DNA from: Candidatus Bathyarchaeia archaeon
GTDB lineage: Archaea; Thermoproteota; Bathyarchaeia; Bathyarchaeales; DTEX01
Direction: 5' to 3'
Assembly (NCBI GenBank): GCA_038859955.1
Contig: JAWCEH010000003.1
Span: 36,667 to 100,666, forward strand
Length of the DNA: 64,000 bases
The position numbers were made by a program, and so were the translations under genes. The number at the start of each line of letters is the position of its first letter. Position 1 is the first letter of the stretch. The notes beneath the pieces were generated by a model that searched no databases, was not told the DNA's origin, and saw only the letters and a program-made list of their open reading frames with translations. Of this stretch, positions 59,840 to 64,000 are shown piece by piece.

Positions 59840-60004
59840 TTTTCCACTCTACAGGGCATTATACCAAAAAATATTTCGACTACGCAATAATTTATTTTTA
59901 TTTTTTCTGCATAACTTAAACTAAGGTGGTAAAACCCATCATTCATAATGAGTTAGTTCTCTTTAAAATGAGCACAAAAATTCTCTTATACTTATATGTA
60001 CCAT

Positions 60005-61150
60005 TCATAGAAAAGTGGAATGAATTTTCCCATCCATGTATACTTCTACAACATCTAATTTCTTGTTCAATATCACGAAATCCGCTTTATATCCCTTTGC
60101 AATTCTACCAATATTTTTTAAACCCATGGCACTGCACGGCGTGGAGGTAGCCATTCTCACAGCATATCTCAAGTTTATTCCGAGTTTTACTGCATTCTGC
60201 ACCGCCTTTATAAGTGTTAATGTGCTTCCAGCGAGGGCCCCATCCTCAGTTCTCGCTACCCCATCTTTTATAATCACTTTGTAGGGTCCAAGCGTATATA
60301 ATCCGTCAGCAAGCCCTGCGCCTGATATAGCATCACTAACCAAAATCGTTCTACTTGGACCTTTGCACTTTAACACTAAGTTTATCGTTACTGGATGTAA
60401 ATGAATCAGATCGGATATTATCTCCGTGTAAATTTTTCTTATAGTTAGCGCTGCACCTATTACTCCGGGTTCACGGTGATGATACTCTCGCATACCATTA
60501 AATAAATGCGTTATAATGTTTGCGCCGGCCTCAATCGCCCTCAACGTCTGCTCATATGTTGCATTAGTATGCCCAAGAGAGACTTTAACCCCGAACTTTC
60601 TCACGACATCCCTTATGAAGTCTATTCCGCCCTCAAGCTCGGGTGCAATAGTTATTCGCTTTATAAGTCCGCGACTTACACCATAAAGTCTCTCAAATTC
60701 TTCTAGAGATGGATTACGCAAATGCTCCTTAGACTGTGCTCCGCCTTTTATGGGATTAAGATATGGCCCCTCCAGATGAATCCCCAGAATCCTTGAACCA
60801 TAATTTACCCCCGAGGCCTCACTAACATTTTTGACCGCGGTCTTTATCTGGTCAAACGAGTCTGTAACTGTCGACGGCACATAAGATGTGACACCTGCCG
60901 CGAGCAAATTTTTAGAGAAATCAATTATTTCATTAGTAGTTGAATATGTTAAGTCAACACCAAAGCCGCCGTGAATGTGAATGTCAACTAATCCTGGAAC
61001 AAGAATATAATCATCATACCTATATATTTCCCTTAAATCTTTAGGTTTATTTCTAGAAATTCCAGCTATTCTATCTCCCTCAACTAAGACATAGGACTCT
61101 CTAAGCGCTTCGAATGGAGTTAAAATGATCCCGGATCTTATCGCGAACAT
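60005..61150 (-). CDS. nagA: N-acetylglucosamine-6-phosphate deacetylase
   Basis: PGLVDIHIHG, HLEGP, APE, GHT, THLFNGM, LAGS. Confidence 0.94.
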   Translation of the reverse strand: MFAIRSGIILTPFEALRESYVLVEGDRIAGISRNKPKDLREIYRYDDYILVPGLVDIHIHGGFGVDLTYSTTNEIIDFSKNLLAAGVTSYVPSTVTDSFDQIKTAVKNVSEASGVNYGSRILGIHLEGPYLNPIKGGAQSKEHLRNPSLEEFERLYGVSRGLIKRITIAPELEGGIDFIRDVVRKFGVKVSLGHTNATYEQTLRAIEAGANIITHLFNGMREYHHREPGVIGAALTIRKIYTEIISDLIHLHPVTINLVLKCKGPSRTILVSDAISGAGLADGLYTLGPYKVIIKDGVARTEDGALAGSTLTLIKAVQNAVKLGINLRYAVRMATSTPCSAMGLKNIGRIAKGYKADFVILNKKLDVVEVYMDGKIHSTFL

Positions 61151-61210
61151 TATGAACCTTAAGGCTTTAGATGATATTAAATCTTAGTGTTTCTTCGCAT
61201 CTTTTTAGCG

Positions 61211-61639
61211 TTAGCCTCTGGAGAATAAATTGTACGCTCGATCTATTGATTCAGCAATTTTATAGAGGTTTTCGAATATGCGATTTATGTCACGGTGTGT
61301 TTCCTCAATCGTTGATTTGAGGCTCCTGCCCCTCAGCTTGTATGTTCCCTCATGGTATATTACGAGTCCACTCTTAATCATTCTATTTAAGTGATGCACC
61401 ATTGTGCCCCTTGTTAAAGATAGCTCAGCTGCTAGTTCGTCGCTTGTTAGCCCCTTATTCTCTCTTGTGGCTTCAAGTAACGCCTTAAATATTCGGAATG
61501 CTGTTTTCTTCCTGTCTCTTGGCTCTAGAAATCCTAGGCTTTTGCAGATCCACTCTAAATCCTTTTCCGGATCAACTTTCGATAGTGGACGCATAGCTAA
61601 AATCCTATATTCTGCTAATGCATCCTCATTCAGTGACAT
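61211..61639 (-). CDS. Winged-helix transcriptional regulator
   Basis: LTSDELA..L..TRGTMVHHLNRM..SGLV. Confidence 0.75.
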   Translation of the reverse strand: MSLNEDALAEYRILAMRPLSKVDPEKDLEWICKSLGFLEPRDRKKTAFRIFKALLEATRENKGLTSDELAAELSLTRGTMVHHLNRMIKSGLVIYHEGTYKLRGRSLKSTIEETHRDINRIFENLYKIAESIDRAYNLFSRG

Positions 61640-61701
61640 GTTGACTATTTTCTCCTCTAAATCAATATTAAGTCTTCTTGTTTACAATTTTTAGTTTTAG
61701 T

Positions 61702-61764
61702 AAAACTTATATTTTTCGTTTTAAGTTAATAAATACAAGATTCATTAAAATCGATGTGGAGGAA
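61702..61764 (+). promoter_or_regulatory. Putative BRE/TATA and RBS of thermosome gene
   Basis: AAAACTTATAT at about 61702-61712; GGAGGA at 61758-61763 ahead of ATG 61770. Confidence 0.4.
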
Positions 61765-61769
61765 TAAAT

Positions 61770-63440
61770 ATGGCGTATCTTGCGCAAACAGCATCGGGTC
61801 AACCAGTCCTAATATTGAAGGAGGGTACGGCTAGAAGCCGTGGTAGAGAAGCCCAGCGGAATAATATTATGGCTGCAAGGGTGATTGCTGAGGCAGTTAG
61901 AACAACTCTAGGTCCTCGGGGTATGGATAAGATGCTCGTCGACAGTCTGGGAGACATAACGATAACCAACGATGGCGCCGCGATTCTGAAGGAGATCGAG
62001 GTTGAGCATCCAGCCGCCAAAATGATGGTTGAGGTTGCTAAGACCCAAGATGATATGGTTGGCGATGGAACAACAACGGCTGTTGTTTTGGCTGGCGAGC
62101 TACTTAAGAAGGCTGAGGAGCTTTTAGACCAGAATATTCACCCGACAGTTATCGTCAGCGGCTATCGAAAGGCGGCTCAGAAGGCTGTGGAAATTCTGGA
62201 TAAAATGAGCGTAACGGTGGATTTAGATGATAAAGAAACTCTAAAGAAGGTTGCATTAACATCAATGGGTAGCAAGGCTGTAGGAACGGCGAGAGATCAT
62301 TTGGCTGACATAGCTATCGAGGCTGTTAAGCAGATAGCCGAGAAGCGAGGCGAAAACTGGGTTGCGGACATCGATAACATACAGATAATAAAGAAGGAAG
62401 GTAAGAGCTTACATGATACAGAGCTCGTCAGAGGCGTAATCCTCGATAAAGAGGTTGTCCACGCAGGCATGCCTAAACGTATTGAGGGGGCTAAAATCGC
62501 CCTACTCAACTGTCCACTTGAAGTTGAGAAGACAGAGTTTAGCGCGGAGATCAGAATAAGAGATCCACTGCAGATGAAAGCCTTCTTAGATAAGGAGACA
62601 GAGATGCTGAAGAATATGGTTGAGAAGATTAAAAAGGCTGGTGCAAACGTTGTTATTTGCCAGAAGGGCATTGATGACATGGCCCAGCACTTCCTAGCCA
62701 AGGAAGGCATACTTGCCGTTAGAAGAGCAAAAGAGTCTGATATGGAGAAATTAGCTAGAGCGACAGGCGGCAGAATAGTAACTAACTTGGATGATCTTAA
62801 ACCTGAGGATTTGGGCTACGCTGAGCTTGTTGAGGAGCGGAAGATAGGCGACGACAAAATGGTCTTCGTAGAAGGATGCAAAGACCCACGCTCAGTATCA
62901 ATCCTTATACGCGCTGGCCTAGAGCGTATGGTTGACGAGGCTGAAAGGGCGATGCACGATGCCCTATCAGTGATTTCAGACGTAATAGAAAGGAATAAGA
63001 TTGTTCCAGGCGGAGGCGCCGTGGAAGCAGAGCTAGCTAAGGAGTTACGTAGATATGCTGCTCAGATTGGTGGCAGAGAGCAGCTAGCCATCGAAGCCTT
63101 CGCTGAGGCTCTTGAGATAGTGCCGAAAACACTCGCTGAGAACGCTGGCTTAGAACCAATTGATATAATGGTTGAGTTGAGGGCCACTCACGAGAAGTCT
63201 GATGGATACATGTGTGGTGTAGATGTCTTCAGCGGCAAGATCACTAACATGTATGAGAAGGGCGTAATAGAGCCTCTCGTCGTCAAAGAACAAGCAATTA
63301 AATCCGCAACTGAAGCAGCTTCAATGATTCTCAGAATAGATGACGTTGTTGCTGCATCTAAGCCTAAAGAGGAAGAGAAAGGTAAGGGTGCTGAGAAGAA
63401 AGGAGAAGAGGAAGAAAGCGGGACATCAGAATTTGACTAA
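61770..63440 (+). CDS. ths: Thermosome (group II chaperonin) subunit
   Basis: [32 protein letters not shown]. Confidence 0.97.
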   Translation: MAYLAQTASGQPVLILKEGTARSRGREAQRNNIMAARVIAEAVRTTLGPRGMDKMLVDSLGDITITNDGAAILKEIEVEHPAAKMMVEVAKTQDDMVGDGTTTAVVLAGELLKKAEELLDQNIHPTVIVSGYRKAAQKAVEILDKMSVTVDLDDKETLKKVALTSMGSKAVGTARDHLADIAIEAVKQIAEKRGENWVADIDNIQIIKKEGKSLHDTELVRGVILDKEVVHAGMPKRIEGAKIALLNCPLEVEKTEFSAEIRIRDPLQMKAFLDKETEMLKNMVEKIKKAGANVVICQKGIDDMAQHFLAKEGILAVRRAKESDMEKLARATGGRIVTNLDDLKPEDLGYAELVEERKIGDDKMVFVEGCKDPRSVSILIRAGLERMVDEAERAMHDALSVISDVIERNKIVPGGGAVEAELAKELRRYAAQIGGREQLAIEAFAEALEIVPKTLAENAGLEPIDIMVELRATHEKSDGYMCGVDVFSGKITNMYEKGVIEPLVVKEQAIKSATEAASMILRIDDVVAASKPKEEEKGKGAEKKGEEEESGTSEFD

Positions 63441-63505
63441 CACCTGAAAAACCAATTAATTCATTTTTTCTATTTTTTTCTATATAGTAGTTTTAGGTGT
63501 TTGTT

Positions 63506-64000
63506 ATGGCCGAAATACATGAGATACCTGCTAGTCTTCAACATTTTGAGAGGATAGGGGCTCACACGCATATTAGGGGCTTAGGCCTAGATGAGAATTT
63601 GCGGGCTGTTAAAGTTAAGGATGGTATGGTTGGGCAGGAGAAAGCCCGAGAGGCAGCTGGCCTAGTTGTCCAGATGATTAAGGAGGGTAAGCTTAGTGGG
63701 AGAACGATTATTTTAGCTGGCCCGCCTGGAACTGGAAAAACTGCGATAGCGATAGCAATATCAAAGGAGCTTGGACCTAACGTTCCTTTTATACAGATAA
63801 GTGGAAGCGAAATTTATAGCAGCGAAAGAAAGAAGACAGAGATCCTCATCGAGGCTATGCGCAAATGCATAGGTGTTGAAATACACGAGATGCGAAAGGT
63901 CTACGAGGGTGAGGTTGTAAGCCTAGAGATAAGAACTGCACCGCACCCATATAATCCATACCAAAGGGTTCCTGAGAGCGTAAGATTAACGTTGAAGACA
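63506..64000 (+). CDS. TIP49/RuvB-like AAA+ ATPase (5' part; runs off window edge)
   Basis: Manual translation: MAEIHEIPASLQHFERIGAHTHIRGLGL...GMVGQEKAREAAG...GPPGTGKTAIA...SGSEIYS. Confidence 0.93.
   Translation, partial: MAEIHEIPASLQHFERIGAHTHIRGLGLDENLRAVKVKDGMVGQEKAREAAGLVVQMIKEGKLSGRTIILAGPPGTGKTAIAIAISKELGPNVPFIQISGSEIYSSERKKTEILIEAMRKCIGVEIHEMRKVYEGEVVSLEIRTAPHPYNPYQRVPESVRLTLKT

Noticed and set aside
45490-61700. attR-like duplicate of the tRNA-Gln 3' end bounding an integrated element
   Set aside because: No copy of TTCGAATCTCTCCCGGGCT was seen by eye downstream, and there is no integrase
469-62710. Many short ORFs antisense to or nested in long genes (e.g. 1829-2233, 19403-19885, 33021-33434, 43462-43965, 62297-62710)
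   Set aside because: They are shadows of well-supported genes, with Ser/Ile-rich antisense composition and no motifs

Overview
Archaeal (TACK-type, most consistent with Bathyarchaeia; inferred from gene content) chromosomal window, densely coding. Housekeeping genes: partial proteasome alpha subunit, Pcc1, RecJ/GAN-like DHH protein, uS15, Lhr helicase, aKMT-like methyltransferase, eL38, a tRNA maturation cluster (cca, thpR, rnz, Trm11-like), class II HMG-CoA reductase, a four-gene Cdv/ESCRT-III division operon, thermosome and a partial TIP49. These are interleaved with carbohydrate and peptide scavenging genes (GH4, GH3, GH42, GH116, GPH-type MFS transporter, nagA, sugar kinase, C69 peptidase) and a corrinoid protein with three UroD/MtaA-family proteins downstream of tRNA-Gln. 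The most notable items are: (1) an uncharacterised membrane system made of a 1521-aa M28/nicalin-like pseudo-peptidase fused to an FtsX/MacB permease plus two OPT-like transporters, with no ATPase in the locus; (2) sharp synonymous-codon mosaic blocks inside one of those transporters; (3) tRNA-Val(GAC) with two non-canonical BHB introns; (4) a HEPN-MNT single-chain fusion; (5) a solitary CRISPR-repeat-like 30-mer with no cas genes. All product calls come from motif recognition by eye; no database searches were run.
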